The notes beneath the pieces are model-generated. The model made no database searches, was not told where the DNA came from, and worked only from the letters and a program-made list of their open reading frames with translations. This document shows positions 40,173 through 48,911 of a stretch of DNA of 64,000 nt, one piece after another (the stretch's first letter is position 1; the number at the start of each line of letters is the position of its first letter). Source of the DNA: Roseburia sp. GTDB lineage: Bacteria > Bacillota > Clostridia > Lachnospirales > Lachnospiraceae. The position numbers and the translations under genes were made by a program. The DNA lies in contig JAHZFL010000003.1 of NCBI GenBank assembly GCA_019421345.1, positions 209,799-273,798 on the forward strand. Reading direction: 5' to 3'.

Positions 40173-41084
40173 ATGAAAAATATGATAGAAACACATGCGC
40201 TCACAAAGCAATACAAAAAACAGCGTGTCGTCTCAGAGCTGGACTTAGCTGTTCCGGAGGGCTGTATCTACGGCTTCCTCGGACCAAACGGCGCGGGAAA
40301 ATCCACTACCATGAAAATGATCCTGGGACTGGTCAAGCCAACCGGCGGTCAGATCCGCGTGCTCGGGCAAAACGCAGACGCGAAAAACCGGATTGCCCTG
40401 CTGCGCTCCACCGGCTCGCTCATTGAATCTCCCGCCTTCTACGGTCACCTGACCGGACGGGAAAATCTTTCCCTGATCGCAGATTTAAAGCAGACCGGGA
40501 AAAAGGAGGTCGACGAGGTGCTTCGCACCGTCCGCCTGACAGACGCACAGCACAAAAAAGCATCCCGCTACTCACTCGGCATGAAACAGCGGCTTGGCTT
40601 TGCCGCAGCGCTGCTCGGTCATCCAAAGCTTTTGCTCTTAGACGAGCCGACGAACGGTCTTGATCCTGCCGGTATTCAGGAGATGCGTGAACTCATCCGC
40701 CGTCTCTGCGAGCAGCACGGAATCACCGTTTTTGTATCGAGCCATCTGCTCTCGGAGATCGACCAGATGGCAAACCATGTGGGCATCATCAATCACGGCG
40801 TTTTGATCTTTCAGGACCGCCTGTCGGCGCTCCACGAGCACAGCCGCGCGCGGATGCTGCTTCGCACGACGGAGGATGAAACGGCACTTCGCATCCTAAA
40901 GCAGGCAGCGCTTCCATGCACCTCCACGCACGGCGGACTTTACTTAAATACGGCGAAAGAAGCGGATATTCTGCGTGCCGGAACGCTTCTTTTTTCCAAT
41001 GGACTTGGCATCCTTTCACTTGCCGAGGAGCAAAAGAGCCTGGAAGACATCTTTCTTGAACTCACCGGAAGGAGCGTGATGTAA
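40173..41084 (+). CDS. ABC transporter ATP-binding subunit, lantibiotic-protection (NisF/MutF/SpaF) type
   Basis: Walker A GPNGAGKST, signature LGMKQRL and Walker B LLLLDEPTNGLD. It is followed by two ~250-aa ABC-2 permease genes. Confidence 0.75.
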   Translation: MKNMIETHALTKQYKKQRVVSELDLAVPEGCIYGFLGPNGAGKSTTMKMILGLVKPTGGQIRVLGQNADAKNRIALLRSTGSLIESPAFYGHLTGRENLSLIADLKQTGKKEVDEVLRTVRLTDAQHKKASRYSLGMKQRLGFAAALLGHPKLLLLDEPTNGLDPAGIQEMRELIRRLCEQHGITVFVSSHLLSEIDQMANHVGIINHGVLIFQDRLSALHEHSRARMLLRTTEDETALRILKQAALPCTSTHGGLYLNTAKEADILRAGTLLFSNGLGILSLAEEQKSLEDIFLELTGRSVM

Positions 41085-41834
41085 ATGACCGGTCTTTTTG
41101 TGGAACTAAAAAAAGGACGGCACAAAAGGCTCTGGCTCGTCCCTTTAGTCTTTCTTATCGTTTTATTTTTATGGTCTGCCTATACCTATCAGAATGCAGC
41201 GACGGAGGATCTTGCAGCCGGCTACACAAAAATGTTTTATCAGCTTCCTCTGATGAATACGATGCTTATGCCCGTATTGCTTTCAGTGCTTGCCAGCCGT
41301 CTCTGCGACATGGAGATCAAAGGACAGACGCTAAAGCTGCTCTATACCTTGCAGCAAAAAGGCAGCTTTTATGACCTCAAATTTGTACACGAAGGTTTTT
41401 ATCTGCTGCTGTTTACCATTGGGGAATGTCTGCTGTTTCCGCTGGCGGGAAGGCTCTATCATTTTACCGAGCCGCTCTCCCTGCCGCTGCTGCTTCGACA
41501 CGGCGTGGCGCTGTTTCTTGCCGGAGCCGTCATCCTGATTTTACAGCACATTCTCTCGCTCCTTTGCGAAAACCAGATCGCTCCGCTTTTTATCGGGCTT
41601 GCAGGCGCTTTTATCGGACTGTTTTCGATGTTTTTCCCGCCTGCTCTCACACGGATTCTTCCGTGGAGCTATTTTGGCGCGTTCCTCCCCTATCGGATGG
41701 AATACGACCCTGCCACAAGGATCATGAGCTTTTATGAGCTGCCGTTTCCCATTGCCCTGTTTCTCGGCTATATGTTTTTTGGCGTTGCCTTGTATCTCAT
41801 TTGCCGCAGTATTTTTCTCAAAAAGGAGGTTTGA
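41085..41834 (+). CDS. ABC-2 permease, MutE/EpiE-like lantibiotic immunity subunit
   Basis: 249 aa with six hydrophobic helices. Its start abuts the ATPase stop (TAAATG). Confidence 0.6.
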   Translation: MTGLFVELKKGRHKRLWLVPLVFLIVLFLWSAYTYQNAATEDLAAGYTKMFYQLPLMNTMLMPVLLSVLASRLCDMEIKGQTLKLLYTLQQKGSFYDLKFVHEGFYLLLFTIGECLLFPLAGRLYHFTEPLSLPLLLRHGVALFLAGAVILILQHILSLLCENQIAPLFIGLAGAFIGLFSMFFPPALTRILPWSYFGAFLPYRMEYDPATRIMSFYELPFPIALFLGYMFFGVALYLICRSIFLKKEV

Positions 41835-41837
41835 CCT

Positions 41838-42584
41838 ATGACATTTTTATGTATTCGGGCGGAAGCCGCAAAGCTGCGCCGCTCCATCATCTGGCTCGCG
41901 TGTCTGCTGCTACCGATAATCCCCGCCATCATGGGTGTCTTTAATTACCAGAGTAATCTTGGAATTCTGACTAACGGCTGGTACTCGCTCTGGTCGCAGG
42001 TGACACTTTTTTACAGCAATTTCTTCTATGCGCCTCTCATAGCGCTCTATGCCGCCTATCTCTGGCGTATGGAGCACATGGACCACAACTGGAATGTCCT
42101 GATGACAGTTCCCGTCGGGGTGAGTGATATTTTCTTCGGAAAGCTTGCAGTGATCTTGTTTGTCACAGTGCTGACCCAGATGATCATTTTCATATTTTAC
42201 TTCATCGGCGGGAAATTCTGCGGTCTTTCCGGTCTGCCACCTGCCGAAATATTCTTCTGGCTGCTGCGCGGCTCGCTCGCCGGGACGGCTATCGGTTCTC
42301 TGCAGCTTCTGCTCTCTATGTGCATCCAAAGCTTTGCACTTCCGATCGGCATCGCACTGCTTGGGAGCGTTATGGGACTTGTGATCTCCGGTTTTCATGC
42401 CGGCGAAATCAGTCTCGGTCTGTACTGGCCATATTCTCTGATGCTGATGGGCATGAACGCAAACCGCGATACCGATACGCTTGCCGGAAACAGTCTGCCG
42501 TTTGTCGGATGCGTCGTACTGTTCTTTTTGCTGTTCACATGGATTGCCGTTCACAGGTTAAAAACGAGGGATGTGCAGGCATAG
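41838..42584 (+). CDS. ABC-2 permease, MutG-like lantibiotic immunity subunit
   Basis: 248 aa with six hydrophobic helices. 3-nt gap to the preceding permease. Confidence 0.6.
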   Translation: MTFLCIRAEAAKLRRSIIWLACLLLPIIPAIMGVFNYQSNLGILTNGWYSLWSQVTLFYSNFFYAPLIALYAAYLWRMEHMDHNWNVLMTVPVGVSDIFFGKLAVILFVTVLTQMIIFIFYFIGGKFCGLSGLPPAEIFFWLLRGSLAGTAIGSLQLLLSMCIQSFALPIGIALLGSVMGLVISGFHAGEISLGLYWPYSLMLMGMNANRDTDTLAGNSLPFVGCVVLFFLLFTWIAVHRLKTRDVQA

Positions 42585-42623
42585 CAGCATCCCCAAAAGA
42601 CTATGCTTAGCAAATCTTCCCTT

Positions 42624-42672
42624 GTAAAAATACCGTGCAAAAATTCCTCCCTTTGGGTTTCTGCACGGTATT
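42624..42672 (-). terminator. Terminator of the RiPP operon (11-bp stem AATACCGTGCA/TGCACGGTATT, then T-run on the minus strand)
   Basis: Perfect inverted repeat 42629-42639 / 42662-42672. The minus strand reads TGCACGGTATTTTTAC. It lies between convergent operons. Confidence 0.65.
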
Positions 42673-42707
42673 ACCAGATCCAATGCACTATGTGATTATA
42701 CCGATTT

Positions 42708-44531
42708 TTATGATCCGTTTATTTGCACCCCATACTTTTCCGCTTGAAGATTGTACATTTTCTTGTAAAGACCATCCTTACGAATCAATGAAGCATGCGT
42801 CCCATCTTCTACGATCTTACCATCCTCTAATACAAGAATTCGGTTCATCAATTTTACATGGGACAGACGGTGGGAAATCATGACGCATATATTATGCTCC
42901 CCGATCTCCATCAACATTTGCAAGATCGTTTCTTCTGTCTCCGAATCCAATGCCATCGTAGGCTCGTCAAAAACATAGATAGGAGAATTTTTAAAAAGAA
43001 CGCGCAACATAGCAAGACACTGCCCCTGACCACCGGATGGAGATACATATTTTGATGATAACGCGGGTGTCAGAAAGGTATTTTCTTTTGCTTCCAACAT
43101 GGAAATCCATGCTTCCAGATTGGATACAGAAAATAACTCTTTGACCCGCTCCTTTTCCTGTGGACTTATTTGTTCTTCTGCCTTACCTGCAATATTTTCT
43201 AAAATGGTAACCGGCAGCAACCCATAATCCTGAAATAGCGCTGCGATAAATTCCTGATGCTCATCCGCATCCATTTCTTGAATGTCTTTTCCATCGAGCA
43301 GTATTTGTCCTGACTGCGGTGCATAGAATTTGCAAAGCAGTTTTACTATTGTACTCTTTCCTGCTCCATTCATTCCGACAATCCCTACCTTTTCTCCAGA
43401 AGAAATTGAAAAACTCACATTTTTAAGCGCCGGTATCGTTTTCTGCGGATAAGTAAATGTCACATCATTAAATTCCAGTGTATGTATGGATTCTAACTTT
43501 CTTGTATGTGAAATGCTTGGCTCACAATGTTTTTCGATAATTGAAAAAAAAGAATCTAACAGAGCATCAAATTTTTTTACCATGTTTATTTCAACGATAA
43601 TCTCGTTACACGCTGTGCTGACAGCACAAATTGCGCTAAATAAAAGTACAAAATCTTCCACCGAAAGCTTTTGCATGGAACGAAAGCCAATAAAAACAGA
43701 AAATACGACTATCTGAAACTGAATCAAAAATTTTACAAAGCCAAGATATAAGCCTTTTTTTGCAAAAGCCTTCTGATTTGTCAAATAAATCTTATCCATT
43801 AAGACACTGCAATGCTTCATAATGAGCGAGTCTCCTTGATATACCCGAAGATCTTCCCCATACCGAAAATCGGAAATCAATTTACAATACCATCCAAATG
43901 CTCTGTTTTCAGGCAAGAGACGCTTTGCATTATCCAGTTCTATTTTTGTTACATAACGATATAATGGTTTGAGAAAAAGAAGACTTATAACAGGAATAAG
44001 TAAATATTTCCAATCATAGACAGCGATAATTAAACCATTAAGGGTCATGGCTGCTATGGAGGAACCAAGTTTTTCCATGCTGGCTGACAATGCCGGAAGT
44101 TGCCATATTCCATATTTTGCACCTTGTGTCAATTCCATATTCTCAGAGGTAATAAATTCATCATAAGAAAGATCACTTTGTGAAATTCCAAGGTCTTCAT
44201 ATGCCTGACGGTATAGCTTGCCGGATTTTATTCTAAGCTTTTCGCGCAGTCGTGAGGCAATCATTTTTAGAATGAAATACATCATCTGAAATAAAATTGT
44301 GAAGATTACGATCTTCCATAGAGAATCATGATAGGTACTGACAATCATGACTAAGCTTCTGGGAATATATACCGCTGCAACAGATACGGCTGCATTCATG
44401 ACAATGGTCGCCAAGCAAAGCTCCGTCCACCGAAGCTTTTTCTCTATTGTATAATCAATAAACCGCAAGATATTATTTTTGCTGTTTTCAGCCTTCCTCA
44501 TATCTCTTTTTTTGCCCAATATACATTTCAT
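42708..44531 (-). CDS. ABC exporter half-transporter (TMD-NBD), partner 2
   Basis: 607 aa, with an N-terminal 6-TM domain. Walker A GMNGAGKST, degenerate signature SGGQGQ and Walker B IYVFDEPT. No N-terminal C39 peptidase domain. The start could be Met11 (44501). Confidence 0.8.
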   Translation of the reverse strand: MKCILGKKRDMRKAENSKNNILRFIDYTIEKKLRWTELCLATIVMNAAVSVAAVYIPRSLVMIVSTYHDSLWKIVIFTILFQMMYFILKMIASRLREKLRIKSGKLYRQAYEDLGISQSDLSYDEFITSENMELTQGAKYGIWQLPALSASMEKLGSSIAAMTLNGLIIAVYDWKYLLIPVISLLFLKPLYRYVTKIELDNAKRLLPENRAFGWYCKLISDFRYGEDLRVYQGDSLIMKHCSVLMDKIYLTNQKAFAKKGLYLGFVKFLIQFQIVVFSVFIGFRSMQKLSVEDFVLLFSAICAVSTACNEIIVEINMVKKFDALLDSFFSIIEKHCEPSISHTRKLESIHTLEFNDVTFTYPQKTIPALKNVSFSISSGEKVGIVGMNGAGKSTIVKLLCKFYAPQSGQILLDGKDIQEMDADEHQEFIAALFQDYGLLPVTILENIAGKAEEQISPQEKERVKELFSVSNLEAWISMLEAKENTFLTPALSSKYVSPSGGQGQCLAMLRVLFKNSPIYVFDEPTMALDSETEETILQMLMEIGEHNICVMISHRLSHVKLMNRILVLEDGKIVEDGTHASLIRKDGLYKKMYNLQAEKYGVQINGS

Positions 44532-46260
44532 AATATTGACCTTTCAGTTCCATAAGCTGTATATGTGTTCCGTTTTCTATGATTCTTCCCTTTTCCAATA
44601 AAATGATCCGATCGCAGAATCCAATAAATGAAAGCTGGTGAGAAACAATGATACTGGTGGAATTCTTGGTGATTTCCGAATAATTATGGTACAGTTCTTC
44701 TTCTGCAATTGCATCAATTGCGCCAGCAGGTTCGTCCAAAAGAAAAATTCTTCCGTTACGATAAATGGCACGAGCGAGCAGCAGCTTCTGACGTTCTCCA
44801 CCGGAAATATTTACTCCTTCTGAATTCATAATATTGGAAATTACCGTATTTCCTTTCTTTGGAAGTTTGTCTTCCGTGGCGTAAAAACCTGATAACTGCA
44901 TTGCTTTACAATATCGCTCCAAATCGGTATCTTCCGATAACGATACATTATCATAAATAGAAAAGGGGAAAATATTTCCGGTCTGTAAAACAACACTTAA
45001 TTGTTGATAATACTGTTCCGGAGGAATTTTTTTGATATCAACACCATTAAGCTTAATACATCCAAATTGTGGTTCATACAGCCGACATATTAATTTTATA
45101 ATAGTACTTTTTCCTGCTCCGTTCATACCAATGATAGCAGTTCTTTTCCCAGGTAGAATCACAAAAGATAAGTCATGAATCGTTGGCTTGTCTGAATCAG
45201 GATAGGAAAAGGTCACATGATCAAACTCCAGACTAAGAGGCTGACTGCTCATATCCTCAAACTTCGTATCCAGATATACTGGTTTTTCAGATTGCTCGAT
45301 TTCATCGATAATTTTCCAATAATCAGAGAAACGCTTTGCTTCTTTTTGGATTTTCGTGTTACTGTAAAAAATAGACTGTATTGCATTGCCCAACTGCAAG
45401 ACGCCCAGCACATAAGTCAAGAATGAACCAATGGGGAGATGCCCGGAGACAATACCGGTTGCAAGCCAGACATACACCACAACATCTCTCAAAAATTCAT
45501 TTATCAAAAGAAACATTTGATAATTCCATTTTTCTTTCTGCTTCTTAATCATAATCCCATGAATTACAGCAGAGTAATTTTTCCCATAACTGTGCAGCAG
45601 ATTTTTCAAAGAAAAAATCCTTATATCCTTTGCATAGCATTCTTCCATCAAAAGATCGTACACTTTTTCATGATTTCTGCTAAGAGGAGTAGTTTCCTGC
45701 CATTCTTCTTCGTCCTTTTTCTCTATCAGCACAGTGATACGAAACGAAATGAATACGGTAACAAGCAAAAATATCCCTAACAATGCAGACATTCTGCTTA
45801 TGATTCCAAACATACCAATGGATGTCAGAATTGCCGCCGGTAATTGATAGATTTCATTCATCATACTTCCAATTCCTATGGATGGATTCATAGAAGCTTC
45901 TCTTGCTTTCTCCAAACGACTTAAAAACTCAGAATTGATACTTTTGGAAAAAGGAATACGAATAGAAGACTTTATCAGATCTAAAAGGACAGAATATCTC
46001 ACTCGCTGCATCCGCATCCATCCGGCATTGCTCAACCAGGTACTTAGGAATAATGCAAAGGCTGCAAGTAAACCAAGAAGGCTGCCCAAAAGCAACCCCC
46101 TTTTATCCGTAACCAATATTGAATTGCAGATTGTTTCCGGCAGTAATACCCATAAGGTTTGAAATACAAACAGGCTGATGGAATAGATGATCCAATTTAA
46201 AATAAGAAATTTGTTAATCTGACAGGTTTTAGAAAGAATCAAGTTTAGTGTCCTTTTCAT
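44488..46260 (-). CDS. ABC exporter half-transporter (TMD-NBD), partner 1
   Basis: Start set at MKRTLNLIL (GAGGGGGG upstream). Walker A GMNGAGKST, signature SGGERQ and Walker B IFLLDEPA. No C39 domain. Confidence 0.8.
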   Translation of the reverse strand: MKRTLNLILSKTCQINKFLILNWIIYSISLFVFQTLWVLLPETICNSILVTDKRGLLLGSLLGLLAAFALFLSTWLSNAGWMRMQRVRYSVLLDLIKSSIRIPFSKSINSEFLSRLEKAREASMNPSIGIGSMMNEIYQLPAAILTSIGMFGIISRMSALLGIFLLVTVFISFRITVLIEKKDEEEWQETTPLSRNHEKVYDLLMEECYAKDIRIFSLKNLLHSYGKNYSAVIHGIMIKKQKEKWNYQMFLLINEFLRDVVVYVWLATGIVSGHLPIGSFLTYVLGVLQLGNAIQSIFYSNTKIQKEAKRFSDYWKIIDEIEQSEKPVYLDTKFEDMSSQPLSLEFDHVTFSYPDSDKPTIHDLSFVILPGKRTAIIGMNGAGKSTIIKLICRLYEPQFGCIKLNGVDIKKIPPEQYYQQLSVVLQTGNIFPFSIYDNVSLSEDTDLERYCKAMQLSGFYATEDKLPKKGNTVISNIMNSEGVNISGGERQKLLLARAIYRNGRIFLLDEPAGAIDAIAEEELYHNYSEITKNSTSIIVSHQLSFIGFCDRIILLEKGRIIENGTHIQLMELKGQYYEMYIGQKKRYEEG

Positions 46261-46271
46261 ATATCCCCCCT

Positions 46272-47288
46272 CTATGGCAAAGTGTATAAATCCGATCTTC
46301 CGATGTATGTCAATTTTCCGCACCTATTCGTTTCTCTTAATTTTCGTATTGTTTTTTTCGTTCTCTTTTCCAAACAATTTAGACATCCAGATACTTCCAT
46401 TAACATATCTTCATAAGAAGAAGACTCTAATATTGGCTTGGCGGCATCCAAGTTACCTTCATAATATTCAAGAACATGTGAAATAAACACTCGCGCGAAT
46501 AAATATGCATAATCTTTATTAAGTAAGAAAAATTTTTCACAGCAATCATACAGAGAAAGCTCAAAAAAATCATCATTGATTGTATAGCCACGAATTAAAT
46601 CATCATAATATTCTGCAATACCTTCTTCTATAAATTTTAATTTTATAGACAAATTATAGTTACTAATTATATGAGTAAGTTCATGACCAGCATCATCATT
46701 TACATTTACATGAATTGTACATAACGCAGTATTTGCATAACTTAATCTATTTCCTATATCATCGACCCAACCTAAGAATACATAAATATCAATACTTTTC
46801 TTGCATTTATTCGGTAAATATTTTGTTATTCTATAGTATGCATCCAAATACTTTCCAATAAATTGCTTCTTCATTTCTAATCCCAATTCATTTGAAAAAT
46901 GAAAATTCATCTTTTGTCGATTTACAAAATCAAATTTAGTTAATTTCAAAGTCAACAACCACTCAAGTGCAAAATCAGAATATTCACCGTTCTGCTTTAC
47001 TGATATTAATAAATTTGATTTTGCTTCATCATATTGTCCGCTACCGAAGGCAACCAAACCCTTGTATCCGAATATTTTACTAGAATCTTCCCATAAAAAT
47101 AAGTCTTCATTATATATATTAACAATTCGTGAAAATTCATCCCAATTTCCTGTCTCGAACAACGCATATATCAGATATCTGACCTCACATATTTCATACA
47201 TAAGGTACATATCAAAAATCTTACTATAATCTTTTTTCTCGTAATATTCTTTAAGTTTACTATCATACTTTTTAAAATTATTTTCCAT
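46272..47288 (-). CDS. HExxH metallopeptidase-like protein (MA-clan type) with helical-repeat N-terminal half; candidate leader peptidase
   Basis: 338 aa. GHELTHII (HExxH) is followed 17 residues later by EEGIAEYY, a candidate third-ligand Glu as in the gluzincin / Peptidase_MA_2 pattern. No signal peptide. 4-nt gap to the maturase gene. Confidence 0.55.
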   Translation of the reverse strand: MENNFKKYDSKLKEYYEKKDYSKIFDMYLMYEICEVRYLIYALFETGNWDEFSRIVNIYNEDLFLWEDSSKIFGYKGLVAFGSGQYDEAKSNLLISVKQNGEYSDFALEWLLTLKLTKFDFVNRQKMNFHFSNELGLEMKKQFIGKYLDAYYRITKYLPNKCKKSIDIYVFLGWVDDIGNRLSYANTALCTIHVNVNDDAGHELTHIISNYNLSIKLKFIEEGIAEYYDDLIRGYTINDDFFELSLYDCCEKFFLLNKDYAYLFARVFISHVLEYYEGNLDAAKPILESSSYEDMLMEVSGCLNCLEKRTKKTIRKLRETNRCGKLTYIGRSDLYTLP

Positions 47289-47292
47289 ATTC

Positions 47293-48570
47293 CTACTTTT
47301 TATAAAAAAAAGGCAACGACGTTAAGTTAAACTCTGAACATAATCTTTGCTTGTACTCATTCGATATGCAATATGCAATACAACCACCAAGACAATCAGG
47401 CAACTGAGAACAATTTAAACATTTCTGCTCACCAAAACAATTAGCTGCCTTATACCAGTTAACTAATTGTTCTGAATCCAACTGCATTGTTCCATCCTCC
47501 AAAATTTTTCCAACTTTTCCCCATTTATTATTAGGATCCTTAATATTAAGACATTTCCAAAATGACAAATCTGAAGTAATATAGCCAAAATCTGCATCCG
47601 AACAAGCTTCGCAAGATCTAGCAAAATATTGATTATACATTATACCATATCCGATAGACTCTGCGTAAGAAAGCAATTCAAAATAGTCACTTTCTGAATT
47701 AGAATTATCCCCTTCAAAGCATGACGTATCATAAATTTTTCTAAAAAAAACGCTGATTTTTTCTCGATATTGAGGACAAATCAAATTAAGACTTTCTTTT
47801 ACATCTTGAATTTCAGCATTTAGCAAATTAAATCTAAGAGTGAAATTATAATTCCAAAGTCTAAGATATGGTGCCACAATATCATTAATTACATGAATTA
47901 AATAATCAAAACTTCCTCTACCATCCTTAAACTTACGGGTTGAATCATGAGTGCGTTTACAACCATCCAATGTAATTTGAAGTGAATTACAATTATGTTT
48001 TTTTAATGATTCCATAATATCTGACGTCAAAAGAGATCCATTTGTAATGATAGAACATGTATAACAAAAACCATGTTTTTTTGAAAGTTCTGATACATAC
48101 TCCAAATAACCCAGCATTTCATCAAAAAATAGCAATGGTTCTCCGCCGAACATATTTATATCAATATGCTTATAAAATTTAAAATTCTTTTCAGCATATT
48201 TTTTCAAAGTAGGAAAATAATCAGGATTGATAGAACTATCACGATAAGGTTCTTCAAAGCAATATGGGCACGAAAAATTGCACGCCATTGAAGGCATTAA
48301 TGCAATACTTAGGGTATCTCGATTAAAATAACTTTTATTAAAAATGTATTGAAACTCCGCCACCTCATCTTTTTGATCTTCCACTACAAAACCATTTTGT
48401 ATAAGATCAATATATTTTTCCTCATTAATGCTCTTAGTATTCAACTCGCTTACTGCCTTCTCAATTGTTGAAGCCTCACGAACTTTCAGAAAAGCTTTTG
48501 TTAACGAATTATAGATAATGACTTTTTCACCAAATTTTCTAACAGAATTAAAACGACTTTGTTTATACAT
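47293..48570 (-). CDS. Radical SAM / SPASM-domain peptide maturase
   Basis: 425 aa. CNFSCPYC (CxxxCxxC) lies about 100 aa from the N-terminus, leaving room for an RRE-like domain. GGEPLL is present. C-terminal CLNCSQLPDCLGGC (Cx2Cx5Cx3C) plus extra Cys residues forms a SPASM auxiliary-cluster pattern. RBS AGGGGG. Confidence 0.8.
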   Translation of the reverse strand: MYKQSRFNSVRKFGEKVIIYNSLTKAFLKVREASTIEKAVSELNTKSINEEKYIDLIQNGFVVEDQKDEVAEFQYIFNKSYFNRDTLSIALMPSMACNFSCPYCFEEPYRDSSINPDYFPTLKKYAEKNFKFYKHIDINMFGGEPLLFFDEMLGYLEYVSELSKKHGFCYTCSIITNGSLLTSDIMESLKKHNCNSLQITLDGCKRTHDSTRKFKDGRGSFDYLIHVINDIVAPYLRLWNYNFTLRFNLLNAEIQDVKESLNLICPQYREKISVFFRKIYDTSCFEGDNSNSESDYFELLSYAESIGYGIMYNQYFARSCEACSDADFGYITSDLSFWKCLNIKDPNNKWGKVGKILEDGTMQLDSEQLVNWYKAANCFGEQKCLNCSQLPDCLGGCIAYCISNEYKQRLCSEFNLTSLPFFYKK

Positions 48571-48603
48571 ATATGCCCCCTATTATATTTTTGTAAAATA
48601 TAT

Positions 48604-48661
48604 ATCCCCTTGTTGTTTTAGTGTTGTACATTTATTGAAACACCTCATACACCAAGGGGAT
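48604..48661 (-). promoter_or_regulatory. Intercistronic hairpin between precursor and maturase genes (candidate attenuator or processing site)
   Basis: On the minus strand: ATCCCCTTG...(inner GTGTT/AACAC pairing)...CAAGGGGAT, followed by ATATATTTT. The outer 9-bp stem is perfect (48604-48612 / 48653-48661). Confidence 0.45.
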
Positions 48662-48689
48662 TTTCACCGTATAATACGTCAACTACATA

Positions 48690-48869
48690 TTAATATTTAT
48701 AAATTAGGGGACCACCTCCTCCACAATTACCTGTACAAGTACACGCATCTAGTAAAGAAATAAATTTGGATTTACCCACATTAGAAGCGACTGTTTCAAT
48801 TACTTGTTTTGTTGAAAAAGATGCTTTTTTGATTACTTCGTATTCTTTCTTTTTACTAAAGTCTTTCAT
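48690..48869 (-). CDS. Unannotated 59-aa Cys-rich RiPP precursor peptide
   Basis: Hand translation: MKDFSKKKEYEVIKKASFSTKQVIETVASNVGKSKFISLLDACTCTGNCGGGGPLIYKY*. The RBS GAAAGGAG ends about 6 nt before the ATG. It lies directly upstream of the rSAM/SPASM gene. It is 59 aa, so below the 60-aa ORF-track threshold. Confidence 0.7.
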   Translation of the reverse strand: MKDFSKKKEYEVIKKASFSTKQVIETVASNVGKSKFISLLDACTCTGNCGGGGPLIYKY

Positions 48870-48911
48870 GATGGTCTCCTTTCAATTAAAAAAATTTTGT
48901 ACTTATAGCAA

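Noticed and set aside
41910-42554. 214-aa minus-strand ORF
   Set aside because: It is an antisense shadow of the MutG-like permease gene in G+C-rich DNA.
42708-46260. C39 (double-glycine) peptidase domain on the ABC exporters
   Set aside because: Both proteins begin directly with transmembrane segments and are about 600 aa. No Cys/His peptidase N-domain of about 130 aa is present.
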